Notes: generated by a model not told the origin, from the sequence alone. Shown: positions 9,549-18,458, counted from the first letter of the stretch. The stretch is DNA of 64,000 nt from Candidatus Brockarchaeota archaeon (GCA_017601395.1 JAFNIQ010000003.1:661-64660); one strand, 5' to 3'. Program-made: numbers and translations.

Positions 9549-10051
9549 AATTCGTTCTCAATTCTAGTCCCCTGATACACCTGGTTAAAGCAGGGTTGGC
9601 TTGGATGATTGGGAGGCTTGAGGGCGAGAAGTATATTACGCCATCCGTCTATGCTGAAGTCGTAGAAACCGGGAAGGCCAAGGGATTTGACGATGCTCTC
9701 ATAACCGAGGAGTTGTTAAGGAGAGGAGCGATTCTGATAAAGAAGCCTTCCGGCAACCTGCTTAAATTGATCTCTGCCCATAAGGATATTCGTTTTGGAG
9801 AAGCGGAGGTTATAAGTCTAGCGAAGGAGTTGGACGGTATAGCGGTCATCGATGATCCTGTTGCGAGAAGCGTTGCTGAACTTCATGGCGTGAAGAAGGA
9901 GGGAAGCTATATGATAATACTTAGAACACTAAGGAGGAATGAGATTAAAAAGGACGAGGCTAAGGAGGCTTTGAAAAGCCTCATCGAATCCGGATGGAGG
10001 TGCAACGTAGAACTTTATAGTAAGGTACTCGATTTAATAGAAAATTTTTAG
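9482..10051 (+). CDS. DUF3368-type PIN-like toxin partnering UPF0175
   Basis: KFVLNSSPLIHLVKAGL resembles a PIN N-terminus, and VIDDPVARSVAELHG is a DUF3368-type motif. The ATG at 9482 lies inside the antitoxin gene, so the true start may be further downstream. Confidence 0.6.
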   Translation: MGKGFAGGSGGGNPSSETGSDLKFVLNSSPLIHLVKAGLAWMIGRLEGEKYITPSVYAEVVETGKAKGFDDALITEELLRRGAILIKKPSGNLLKLISAHKDIRFGEAEVISLAKELDGIAVIDDPVARSVAELHGVKKEGSYMIILRTLRRNEIKKDEAKEALKSLIESGWRCNVELYSKVLDLIENF

Positions 10052-10249
10052 CATTATTCCCTCCACACGGTTTGCTCGAAAGGCTCCTAGGTTTTTCTGC
10101 GGATTATTACCCAATGGGAATAAATAGAAAGGTTATCCATGCGAGAGATATAGTGCGCACTAATCCTCATACGCAATGGGTGGGAACCGCTTCGAAAACC
10201 CCGTAGAATCCGAGTAAAGGTGACGTAGAACTATACGATATGGAAGCTT

Positions 10250-10738
10250 CTAAAACTGTTCCTCCTGACGGTTTGCTTGAAGCTGATTTCTTTCCTTCCC
10301 CGCTCCATACCTTAAAAAGGCTTTTCTGCGAACTATTGTCCAGTAGGAGTAGAAAACGATCCATAGAGAGGATAGTGCCAGAACAATTAGAAAGTTTGTG
10401 CTGAAGGAGAAGCTAAAGTATGCCCAGATGTTTGATAACGTAAAGACGACTAGGTTAAAGTAAAAGGCTCGAGTATACCAACCGCATTTCTCTAGGTTTC
10501 TAACGGTTTCAAGTGCAGTATAGCCAGTCTTATTTAACGCATAGCGGCCTTCCGAGTCTTTATCCAACAGGCTCTTCATCTTATTCAGATGGAAGGAAAG
10601 CTCACCACTATTTTCAATTCTGAGAGTCTTCTTAAGCTCGCTGAAACCCATCGGAGATTTGGCGAGAACCTTTAAAATCTTTATGCGCAGAGGATGAGAA
10701 ACGGCCTCGAAAACCTCGGTTGAATTCGGTGTTGCCAT
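10250..10738 (-). CDS. ArsR-family winged-helix transcription regulator fused to C-terminal transmembrane helices
   Basis: N-terminal FEAVSHPLRIKILKVLAKSPMGFSELKK is an ArsR HTH. The C-terminal half has 2-3 hydrophobic helices. ATG at 10738 is preferred over the GTG at 10744. Confidence 0.6.
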   Translation of the reverse strand: MATPNSTEVFEAVSHPLRIKILKVLAKSPMGFSELKKTLRIENSGELSFHLNKMKSLLDKDSEGRYALNKTGYTALETVRNLEKCGWYTRAFYFNLVVFTLSNIWAYFSFSFSTNFLIVLALSSLWIVFYSYWTIVRRKAFLRYGAGKERNQLQANRQEEQF

Positions 10739-10841
10739 GGTCACTTAACCCATGAATATCGTATTTATTTCTTCCATCCTTGACTAATGGTCAAGAAGCA
10801 TTGACAATGGTTTAAGCTCCGGTCGCACGCTTGAGGCATGT

Positions 10842-11336
10842 CTACTTTTTGAGACTTTTCCTATATGCAGCAAGTCCCCCTACTCTCATCACGTTCATTA
10901 TGAAGCTTGGGTAGGGTGAGAATTTAAATTCAATACCTGTTGTTTCGTTTTTGACAATCCCTTTTTCAAGGTCTACTGCTGCAATATCCCCCTCTTTGAA
11001 ATATTTGTTAATACCCTTGACCTCTATAACGGGTAATCCGACGTTTATCGCATTCCTAAAGAATATTCTGGCGAAGGAGCATGCAACTATTACAGAAATC
11101 CCTGCCTCCTTGATCACCCTTGGAGCGTGCTCCCTGCTCGAGCCCATTCCAAAGTTCCTTCCTGCGATAATAATATCTCCCTTCGATATTTTAGACGCTA
11201 AAGTTGGGTCAAGGTCTTCGAAAACATGTTTCGCGAGCTCCTTGAAGTCTCCTGTTCTAAACTTGTACTTCGCAGGTATTATCGCATCCGTATTAATATG
11301 ATCTCCTAAAACCCAGACTCTTCCTCTCAGGTTCAT
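10842..11336 (-). CDS. leuD: 3-isopropylmalate dehydratase / homoaconitase small subunit
   Basis: GRVWVLGDHINTDAIIP motif. ATG at 11336 is preceded by a GGAGGG Shine-Dalgarno-like sequence. Confidence 0.8.
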   Translation of the reverse strand: MNLRGRVWVLGDHINTDAIIPAKYKFRTGDFKELAKHVFEDLDPTLASKISKGDIIIAGRNFGMGSSREHAPRVIKEAGISVIVACSFARIFFRNAINVGLPVIEVKGINKYFKEGDIAAVDLEKGIVKNETTGIEFKFSPYPSFIMNVMRVGGLAAYRKSLKK

Positions 11337-11344
11337 TTTCTTTA

Positions 11345-12604
11345 TCACCCTCCTATGAGCTTCCTAGGGTCTGTTATAACTCCTTCAACGGCTGAGGCTG
11401 CTGCCGTCGCTGGACTGGCTAAGTATATGCTTGACTCAGGGTTACCCATCCTGCCCTTAAAGTTCCTATTGGATGTTGAGACCGCTACTTCTCCTGACCC
11501 AAGTATTCCGAAATGAACCCCTAGGCAGGGGCCGCATGTACTATGGGTTACTGTGCATCCTGCTGAAACAAGCTTGTCAATAATCCCGTTTCTAAGCAGG
11601 TTTAGGAAGACCCTTCTGGAGGCGGGTATTGCGATACACCTCACCCCTTTCTTAACCCCCCTCCTTGAAAGTATTTTTGCCGCTATTTCAAAATCCTCCT
11701 CCCTCCCATTGGTGCACGACCCTATGAAAACCTGGTTCACCTCTAATCCTTCAAGCTCCTTAACAGGCTTAACGTTGTCAACATTATGGGGTGCTGCCAC
11801 CACGGGTTCAAGCTCGTCAAGCCGGTAGCTGAGGCTCGTAGCATACTCAGCATCCCCGTCAGGCTTGAAAACACTCTTATCGTTTAAACTACTCGTATCA
11901 ACATGTTTAACTGTTACCTCGTCCAATGGGAAGACCCCGTTCTTAGCCCCCATCTCTACAACCATGTTGCACACCGTCATCCTGCTGGCCATTGACATTG
12001 CCTTCACGCCTTCACCCTGAAACTCCACACTCATGTAGGTTGCACCGTCGGCGCCAACATCTCCTATTATCCTCAGGATTAAATCCTTAGACATTACCCC
12101 CGGCTTGAAGCATCCGTTTAAAGTGACCTTCATTGCCTCCGGCACTTTGAACCAGAGTTTTCCAGAGGTCATTACCTCAGCGAAGTCCGTTGAGCCTACT
12201 CCTGTTGCGAAAAGGCTGAATGCGCCCAGGGTTACAGTGTGAGAGTCGGCACCAACTATGAACATGCCTGGCTTAAGACTCTCGTTCTCAGGTATCACTT
12301 GGTGGCAGATTCCTTCGCCAACCTCGTAAATCCTTATGCTGTTCTCCTTGGCGAAGGCGCGGAGCTTAAGCTGGAGGTTTGAAGCCCCCTCGTTCGGACT
12401 TGGGGAAGCATGGTCTATGACGAACCTTATCTTAGAGGGGTCGTAAACTATGTTTGAACCCAGCTCGCGGAAGGCATCTATCGCTAGAGGCCCCGTTCCA
12501 TCGTGAGCGTAAGCCAAATCTATGTCGGCTACTACTATTTCACCCGGCTTAACAGCTCTGCCAAGCTTGCTTCTGAACAGTTTCTGAACTATGGTCTCTC
12601 CCAA
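11345..12604 (-). CDS. leuC: 3-isopropylmalate dehydratase / homoaconitase large subunit (aconitase family)
   Basis: Aconitase-family motifs: IGSCTNGR, STCGPCLG and VAVSTSNRNFKGRMG. TTG start. Confidence 0.85.
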   Translation of the reverse strand: MGETIVQKLFRSKLGRAVKPGEIVVADIDLAYAHDGTGPLAIDAFRELGSNIVYDPSKIRFVIDHASPSPNEGASNLQLKLRAFAKENSIRIYEVGEGICHQVIPENESLKPGMFIVGADSHTVTLGAFSLFATGVGSTDFAEVMTSGKLWFKVPEAMKVTLNGCFKPGVMSKDLILRIIGDVGADGATYMSVEFQGEGVKAMSMASRMTVCNMVVEMGAKNGVFPLDEVTVKHVDTSSLNDKSVFKPDGDAEYATSLSYRLDELEPVVAAPHNVDNVKPVKELEGLEVNQVFIGSCTNGREEDFEIAAKILSRRGVKKGVRCIAIPASRRVFLNLLRNGIIDKLVSAGCTVTHSTCGPCLGVHFGILGSGEVAVSTSNRNFKGRMGNPESSIYLASPATAAASAVEGVITDPRKLIGG

Positions 12605-12648
12605 TTCCCAGCCTCTTTCTATGACGCTTTATATAAAATTTTACCTGT

Positions 12649-13143
12649 TTAAACCTCAACTATCTCTGCTTCATGGGTGGAGGAATCGTATATGCCGACT
12701 GTCGACTTTCCCGTCAAGTATCCACATGCCTCGCCAGGATTAACCCAAAGTGTTCCTCCTATCCTTCTTACGTTTTTCTCATGCGTATGGCCTGACACTA
12801 TTAGGTCAAACATGTTTTTGCTTGCTATCTCTTCAATTAGCTTCAAATCCTCCCCGTGTAAAACTAACGTTTTCCTACCGTCTAATTCAAGCATGGCCGC
12901 CGGCCAGTAAAACCATGCACCTATTTCGGAGAACACTTTTTGAAGATTACTTCTGTCGCCATCGTTATTACCGTAAACAAGTATCAGTCTCGCCCTGCAT
13001 TCTTTAAACTTCCTGACTGTAAATGGACTTATAACATCGCCAGCATGGAGCACAGTCTCCACTTTCTTCTCGTTGAAAAAGGATACTGCTTTCTCGATCA
13101 TCTTCAAATGGTCGTGGGTATCGCTTATCAGGCCGATGAGCAT
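12649..13143 (-). CDS. MJ0936/YfcE-family metallophosphoesterase
   Basis: GLISDTHDH, HAGDV, GNND and LVLHGHTHE motifs. ATG at 13143 preferred; ATG at 13182 is the alternative. Confidence 0.7.
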   Translation of the reverse strand: MLIGLISDTHDHLKMIEKAVSFFNEKKVETVLHAGDVISPFTVRKFKECRARLILVYGNNDGDRSNLQKVFSEIGAWFYWPAAMLELDGRKTLVLHGEDLKLIEEIASKNMFDLIVSGHTHEKNVRRIGGTLWVNPGEACGYLTGKSTVGIYDSSTHEAEIVEV

Positions 13144-13367
13144 GTTGAGAAGACTGTTCAGCGTCTGATTTAACCTTTTCATAACCGGTTTTGCAACCAG
13201 ATGGCACCCGCTAACAGTAGAATCTTCTTGATGAAAAAGCCTCTTTGAACCGCGTTCTTCAAGTATTCAAGCCTTTTCCTATATTTTCTGAAAGGTATGG
13301 GGGCTAGACACGTAGAGATACTTGCTTGAAGGTTTTAGAGTAGTGTCGACGATTCTGATTCGAAGCA

Positions 13368-14801
13368 TCATCTTATCTTTTTCCCCGTTATCAGGGTTTC
13401 TGTCTTCAAAACTCCCTTCGCCCTTCTAAAACCATTAACAATATTGTCAAGCTCCTTCAGGCTCGAAACACTGTCAACCATAGCCATGTAGTCGAAGGAT
13501 GAGCCCCATATTTCAATTATCTCAGTAACCCCTCTGTTTCTTGCAAGCAGTTCTCTACAGAAATCCTCGAAATCCTTGTCCCCCATGCTCTCAACATCTA
13601 TGAGTATTCGTGCTGAAATGCTCTCCGGAAGAGTTATCTTTGCTACTCCAGTCCTGTTCAACACTTCCGCTATTATTATGTTCTCCATGGCTGAGGCTCC
13701 TCTACCGTGTAGAAGATATGCTGACTTAACCCTATCCCTTATCTCTTCAAACACTTTCTCCTCAAGCCTGTCGATTTCAACCCCCCTCTTCTTCAAGGCT
13801 GCCTTAACGCCTTCGCTTCCAACCATGGGTCCAAGGGCGAAACTGCTTTCCCTGCCGACCATGCTTGCGTCGAAAGGCTGGTATGTTAAAGGGTCTCTGA
13901 AAGCAGCCTTCTGATGAGTGCCCGCAGTATGAGTGAAAGCGTTTCTTCCTGAAACAGGATTGTTCGGAGGTATGTTGATCCCTGAAACCTTCTCCACGTA
14001 TTCTGCAAGCCTAGTGAGATTCGCCAAGTCATACTCATACCCATGTTTGATTTTCATCCATGTTGCCAAGATGAGCGTATCCGGTATCCCCGCCCGCTCT
14101 CCAAGCCAGTTCATGGATCCGTGGAGTATCCTTGCCCCACTCATCCAGGCCTCTATAGTGTTTGCGAGAGCCATACCCATGTCGTTGTGAAAATGAGCCT
14201 CTATCAGGCTTCGTCGGTTTCTATCCCTTATAAGCCTGCTTATCTCGCCGTAGACCCTTCTAACGTCGGTAGGAGAGGCTCCTCCTGAAGTATCGGGTAG
14301 ACTAATAGAGTCAGCGCCCGCCTCAATAGCTTTCTCGACAACCTGTTTAAGGAAGCCTGGGTCTGCTCTGAAAGCGTCTTCAGCCGTGTACCTCACCCTG
14401 TAGCCTTTGTTCTTCGCATACCTGATGGCCCTTGGAACCTGGGTGACGACGAACCCCCTCTTGTCAGCTATTTTTTCAAACTTCGCTTCCAGATGCCTGT
14501 CGGCGGGGGAGAGGTAGAGAGCAACCCAGTCAACACCGTCTGGAACAGTATCAACATCCGACTCTAAAGCCCTGCAATGGGCTGCTTTAAGGGCTCTTGT
14601 TTTCACCATGCTTAACTCGGCCACGATCCTTCTCTCACCCTCGCCAGTGTATGGGGATCCTATTTCAATAAGCTCTATACCGGACTTGTCTAGCTCCCTC
14701 ATTATCGTAATCCTCTCCTCGAGCGTGAAGTATACTCCGGGGGTTTGAAGACCCTCTCTCAAAGTAGTGTCTAGAAGCATCGGCTTCTCCAGGTTCTGCA
14801 T
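13368..14801 (-). CDS. 2-isopropylmalate synthase / homocitrate synthase (DRE-TIM metallolyase) with a C-terminal small regulatory domain
   Basis: LLDTTLREGLQTPG, a HFHNDMGMALANT-type motif, and a C-terminal roughly 80-aa ACT/RAM-like domain (ILIDVESMGDKDFEDF...). Cannot tell IPMS from HCS. Confidence 0.85.
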   Translation of the reverse strand: MQNLEKPMLLDTTLREGLQTPGVYFTLEERITIMRELDKSGIELIEIGSPYTGEGERRIVAELSMVKTRALKAAHCRALESDVDTVPDGVDWVALYLSPADRHLEAKFEKIADKRGFVVTQVPRAIRYAKNKGYRVRYTAEDAFRADPGFLKQVVEKAIEAGADSISLPDTSGGASPTDVRRVYGEISRLIRDRNRRSLIEAHFHNDMGMALANTIEAWMSGARILHGSMNWLGERAGIPDTLILATWMKIKHGYEYDLANLTRLAEYVEKVSGINIPPNNPVSGRNAFTHTAGTHQKAAFRDPLTYQPFDASMVGRESSFALGPMVGSEGVKAALKKRGVEIDRLEEKVFEEIRDRVKSAYLLHGRGASAMENIIIAEVLNRTGVAKITLPESISARILIDVESMGDKDFEDFCRELLARNRGVTEIIEIWGSSFDYMAMVDSVSSLKELDNIVNGFRRAKGVLKTETLITGKKIR

Positions 14802-14845
14802 ATGGGGCTTAGAGCTGTAGGCAGGGTTTTAAAAAGGTTGCCAGC

Positions 14846-15124
14846 CTAATAGACTATTATTCTTGACGCTGCGTCAAGCGTTTTAATCAGCCCGACTATT
14901 CTCTCAACCAGCTTACTGGACTCCTTTATCCATTTAAACTCTCTGATTAATACGGTGCCTTCCGAAGGCTGGAGAATTATTAAGCATAGAAACATGCTGC
15001 TGTATGCAACCAGGTACTCGTACCCGTGCATTCTAACTTTGAAACCATTCCTCCTAAGCAGATGGGCGAGCCTAAGCCTGTTCTCCGGGAAGATGAATAT
15101 TGACCTAGCTGCCTCACTGCTCAC
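14846..15124 (-). CDS. Hypothetical 92-aa protein co-oriented with, and overlapping the 3' end of, the TtuA-like gene
   Basis: ORF only. GTG start overlaps the upstream gene's stop by 11 nt. No recognisable motif. Confidence 0.3.
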   Translation of the reverse strand: MSSEAARSIFIFPENRLRLAHLLRRNGFKVRMHGYEYLVAYSSMFLCLIILQPSEGTVLIREFKWIKESSKLVERIVGLIKTLDAASRIIVY

Positions 15125-16067
15125 GGTTCACATTCCCGCCTAGAAAAGGCTTTATTTTCTCCACGACCATGCATGCTCTGCAGACCTCTCTCGCTGAAGG
15201 GTTTCCGCAAACCCTGCAGCGCCCTATGCTGCGGGCCGAGTATTCCCGCTTTAGGAGCGGAAGTATTTCGAGAAAATTGTTTACAAGACTGTGCTTAACC
15301 CCGGGTATGGTTGAGTCAAGCCTGTTCAGGAAATCCCTTATCTCAAGCCTATAGTTCTCAACATGGTAGGGGCATTCTACAAAGTCTACTTCAATACCTG
15401 TCAGGATCGCGTAAATAGCGTCCTCCTTCTCCGTGCAGAAGTAGAACGGCTTAACCCTCTGGACGAAACCCTCGTCTTCAACAATACCCGTCTTTGGGCC
15501 GAGCCTAGCTAGGAGCGACGGGTTCCCCCTGAGATAGTTCATGAGGATCGTCTGCGCCTCGTCATCCAGATTGTGGCCTGTAGCGACCTTAGAGAAGCCG
15601 AGCCTCCTCGCATAAGTGTTTATCAGGCTTCTCCTGAGTACTCCGCAAATATAGCAGGGCTTTATTTTAAGCCTGTTCTCTCTAGATATTTTAACGGCCT
15701 CGTCCAGCGTGAAACCATACTGCTCCTTGAACGAGTAAGTATGCAGAGGTATATTATTTTCCTCGCAGAATTCAACCAGACCGTTGAGCTTCACATCCCT
15801 GTATCCGCTTATGCCCTCGTCCACAGCTATCGCAGCAATGTTTTCACGCTTATTCTTCATAAGCCTCAAGAGGAAGCTTAGCAGAGCTGTGCTGTCCTTG
15901 CCTCCTGAGCAGGCTACTAGAATTCTCTCCCCGTATTCGATTAAGCTGTACCTCTTAATTGTCTGCATGACTTTTTTCTCGAAATACTTTTTAAAATGCT
16001 TGCTGCATAGGCTTCTTCCACTTAAAGAAATGTAGACAGCCCTGTTCTCACAGTCTTCACAGACCAT
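15114..16067 (-). CDS. tRNA 2-thiolation PP-loop ATPase (TtuA/NcsA/TtcA family) with N- and C-terminal zinc fingers and Fe-S cysteines
   Basis: PP-loop VACSGGKDS. N-terminal CEDCENRAVY...CSKH and C-terminal CRVCGNPSAREVCRAC zinc fingers. Internal CYICG plus ECPYH cysteines. ATG start. Confidence 0.8.
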   Translation of the reverse strand: MVCEDCENRAVYISLSGRSLCSKHFKKYFEKKVMQTIKRYSLIEYGERILVACSGGKDSTALLSFLLRLMKNKRENIAAIAVDEGISGYRDVKLNGLVEFCEENNIPLHTYSFKEQYGFTLDEAVKISRENRLKIKPCYICGVLRRSLINTYARRLGFSKVATGHNLDDEAQTILMNYLRGNPSLLARLGPKTGIVEDEGFVQRVKPFYFCTEKEDAIYAILTGIEVDFVECPYHVENYRLEIRDFLNRLDSTIPGVKHSLVNNFLEILPLLKREYSARSIGRCRVCGNPSAREVCRACMVVEKIKPFLGGNVNREQ

Positions 16068-16070
16068 GCT

Positions 16071-16277
16071 TCAACCGCCTGAGACAACGCTCAGCAGCTT
16101 AATCTCGTCTCCTTCTCCAAGAGGCTCTTTCTCAGTGACTATAACTCCATTCTTAACGGGGATTACTTCAGAAACGCTTATCCTTAATGTCTTAAGAAGG
16201 TCTTCAATCTTGCCGTTCTCCTCTAAGTCTAGAATCCTGGTTTCGCGAAGCCTCTGTATGAACACTTTAACCTTCAT
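16071..16277 (-). CDS. Ubiquitin-like sulfur carrier protein (TtuB/SAMP/MoaD-ThiS family) ending in Gly-Gly
   Basis: 68 aa, C-terminus ...LSVVSGG* (diglycine). Beta-grasp-like length. It ends 4 nt upstream of the TtuA-like start. Confidence 0.7.
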   Translation of the reverse strand: MKVKVFIQRLRETRILDLEENGKIEDLLKTLRISVSEVIPVKNGVIVTEKEPLGEGDEIKLLSVVSGG

Positions 16278-16380
16278 TGGTCTAACGCCGGCTAATGTTG
16301 TTGGCTAGCCGCATTTAAACCTAAAACCTTTCAAAAACGTTGCTCAAATCTTATTTGCCTGAATAAAACGTTTCTATCCT

Positions 16381-16995
16381 CTATAGTTCTATCCTCATTA
16401 ACGGGAACTCGGGATCGCCCCTTAGAACCATAAACCCGTTTTTCAAGTAAAACTCCACCGGTCCAGACGGATTGTTAGGGTTATTTCTCCTAGCAAAGGT
16501 TTCAACAGCCTTGACCCCCCTCCTCCTTAAATCCTCGATTACGCTTTGCAGAAGCTTCTTACCGAGCCCACGCCTCCTGTATTCCTTTTCAGCGATGAAA
16601 AGGCATGAGATTAACACCGCGTCCCCGCTGGGCCGCCCAGCGGGGTACTCGGCTGAACGCGGGAGCATCTTTGGGGGAGCATATTGCGCGTAGCCGACGG
16701 GCTTCCCCTCTACATAAATTAGCTTTCCACAGTCGCCAAACACTTTTCTCGCGCTCCTCAACCAGTCGACCTTCTTAGCCAGCGTTTTTCCCCTGTTCTC
16801 TCCGGAAGGCTCTACGCACTCTTCCGGAAACTCCCAGTATATGCAGTACTTGCAGCTGAAAGGATGCTCATCCCATTCCGGGGCTTCAACAAGATTCTCC
16901 TCTGTGAGGCTAACTATCTCCACACGCATTTCTCTCGCTAAACATCTGTTAAACCTGTTTTTATCCCTTGTTGTTTCTCGGCTTAAGCATTCCAT
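16381..16995 (-). CDS. GNAT-family N-acetyltransferase with N-terminal cysteine cluster
   Basis: Acetyl-CoA-binding motif RRRGLGKKLL. N-terminal CKYCIYWEFPEEC. Confidence 0.65.
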   Translation of the reverse strand: MECLSRETTRDKNRFNRCLAREMRVEIVSLTEENLVEAPEWDEHPFSCKYCIYWEFPEECVEPSGENRGKTLAKKVDWLRSARKVFGDCGKLIYVEGKPVGYAQYAPPKMLPRSAEYPAGRPSGDAVLISCLFIAEKEYRRRGLGKKLLQSVIEDLRRRGVKAVETFARRNNPNNPSGPVEFYLKNGFMVLRGDPEFPLMRIEL

Positions 16996-17058
16996 TGGCC
17001 AAGGGAAAGTTCAGTGGAAAAATGTTATTAACCGGCTGAGTAATCTATGTAACGCTGG

Positions 17059-18114
17059 TTGTTGACAAGGGTTCTTAAGACGGATAAGCATCGCCCCTCT
17101 AAGAAGGTGCTTCAGGAGGCGGCGGCGGTCCTGAAGTCAGGTGGGCTCGTAGCTTTTCCAACCGAGACTGTATACGGCCTTGGGGCTGACGCTTTCAACG
17201 AGAATGCTGTCCTGAAAATATTCGTGGCTAAGAAGAGGCCCCCGGACAACCCTGTTATAGTGCATGTCTCAAGCATGGAGATGCTTAACCAGGTTTCAAC
17301 CAGTGTTCCCCGTAGGGCTGAGAAACTGATCAGGGAGCTGTGGCCCGGCCCGTTGACAATAGTTGTTCCCAGATCCTTGAAGGTTCCTCCAGTCGTGTCG
17401 GCGGGTCTTGAAACGGTTGCTGTAAGAATGCCCGCCCACAATGTTGCACTAGGGCTAATCGAGCACTTGGGCTCTCCGATTGCTGCTCCGAGTGCTAATC
17501 TTTCAGGCAGGCCAAGCCCGACTAACGCTAAGGACGTGTACGAGGATTTAAACGGCTCGATAGACATGATAATCGACGCCGGTGAAACATTCATAGGGGT
17601 TGAGTCGACTGTTATCCAGGTGTCTGAGAACAGGTCTGTCATACTCAGGCCGGGCCCTATTCCTCTCGAGATCCTTAGGAAATACCTTGGCGATGTTGAG
17701 GTGCATCCTTCAATATTGTCCGGCGGCTTCGAAGGAGTTCCTGCTTCTCCCGGCATGAAGTATAGGCACTATGCTCCCAGGGCTGAGATGATCGTCGTGG
17801 AAGGAGACGATTACGAGAGGAAGGTTGCAAAAATAGTTGAAACGGTTGAGGAATACTTGAAATCCGGTTTGAAAGTAGGATGCATGGTTTCAGAGGAGAC
17901 TGCACTACGACTACCTGGGCAAGTCATTCTGGAGGCACTCGCCCCGAGGAATAGGCTTGACCTTGTGGCGAGAAGGATCTACCCGGCGCTGAGGAGCCTT
18001 GACAGGATGAACCCGGACATTATAGTGGCCGAGGGCTTTCCTGAAGAAGGCATTGGCATGGCTATACAGAACAGGCTTAGGAAAGCAGCTGGATACCGGA
18101 TACTGAAAGCCTAG
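17059..18114 (+). CDS. sua5: L-threonylcarbamoyladenylate synthase Sua5/YrdC (tRNA t6A biosynthesis) with C-terminal Sua5 domain
   Basis: KSGGLVAFPTETVYGLGADA and KKRPPDNPVIVHV motifs. TTG start at 17059; start is approximate. Confidence 0.85.
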   Translation: MLTRVLKTDKHRPSKKVLQEAAAVLKSGGLVAFPTETVYGLGADAFNENAVLKIFVAKKRPPDNPVIVHVSSMEMLNQVSTSVPRRAEKLIRELWPGPLTIVVPRSLKVPPVVSAGLETVAVRMPAHNVALGLIEHLGSPIAAPSANLSGRPSPTNAKDVYEDLNGSIDMIIDAGETFIGVESTVIQVSENRSVILRPGPIPLEILRKYLGDVEVHPSILSGGFEGVPASPGMKYRHYAPRAEMIVVEGDDYERKVAKIVETVEEYLKSGLKVGCMVSEETALRLPGQVILEALAPRNRLDLVARRIYPALRSLDRMNPDIIVAEGFPEEGIGMAIQNRLRKAAGYRILKA

Positions 18115-18122
18115 TTTGAGCC

Positions 18123-18458
18123 TTATGTTACTGAGGAGCCGTCTGAAATCCTACTGTCGGGGCATATTAACGCTACCCTGTTCTTATCTTCAACTGCTGC
18201 AAGAATCATTACTTCTGAAACCTGCCCCATCAGGACAGCCGGTTTAAGGTTAGTCACGAAAACGTATTGTTTACCGACGAGTTGCTCCGGAGCATAGAAT
18301 GCTCCAAGGCCTGCTACCGACTGTTTCGTTACATTCCCTCCTAGGCTCACCTGAAGCTTCAGAAGCTTTTCAGAACCCTTAACCTTTTCAGCGGACACTA
18401 TTGTTCCGACAACCATCCTAACCTTCTTGAAGTCATCCATGCTTATTTCAGAGCTCAT
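18123..18458 (-). CDS. tRNA-binding protein of the CsaA/Trbp111/Myf-domain family
   Basis: FKKVRMVVGTIVSAEKVKGSEKLLKLQVSLGG is an OB-fold tRNA-binding motif. ATG at 18458 or 18440 preferred over the TTG at 18476. Confidence 0.6.
   Translation of the reverse strand: MSSEISMDDFKKVRMVVGTIVSAEKVKGSEKLLKLQVSLGGNVTKQSVAGLGAFYAPEQLVGKQYVFVTNLKPAVLMGQVSEVMILAAVEDKNRVALICPDSRISDGSSVT

Noticed and set aside
9191-9580. 129-aa minus-strand ORF across the antitoxin gene
   Set aside because: It is antisense to the motif-bearing UPF0175 gene. The real minus-strand signal nearby is the separate toxin remnant at 8945-9115, which is in a different frame.
10052-10249. 200-bp intergenic stretch examined for a tRNA or other ncRNA
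   Set aside because: No acceptor/T-arm pattern (GGTTCGAATCC-like) or cloverleaf-compatible pairing was seen. I also found no tRNA-like pattern in any other intergenic region of the window, though there was no covariance-model search.
17112-17756. 214-aa ORF antisense to sua5
   Set aside because: It is fully nested in a gene with strong Sua5/YrdC motifs and has no motif of its own. It is a typical shadow ORF, as are other nested ORFs in the track (for example 6582-6992, 35705-36046, 60857-61471).
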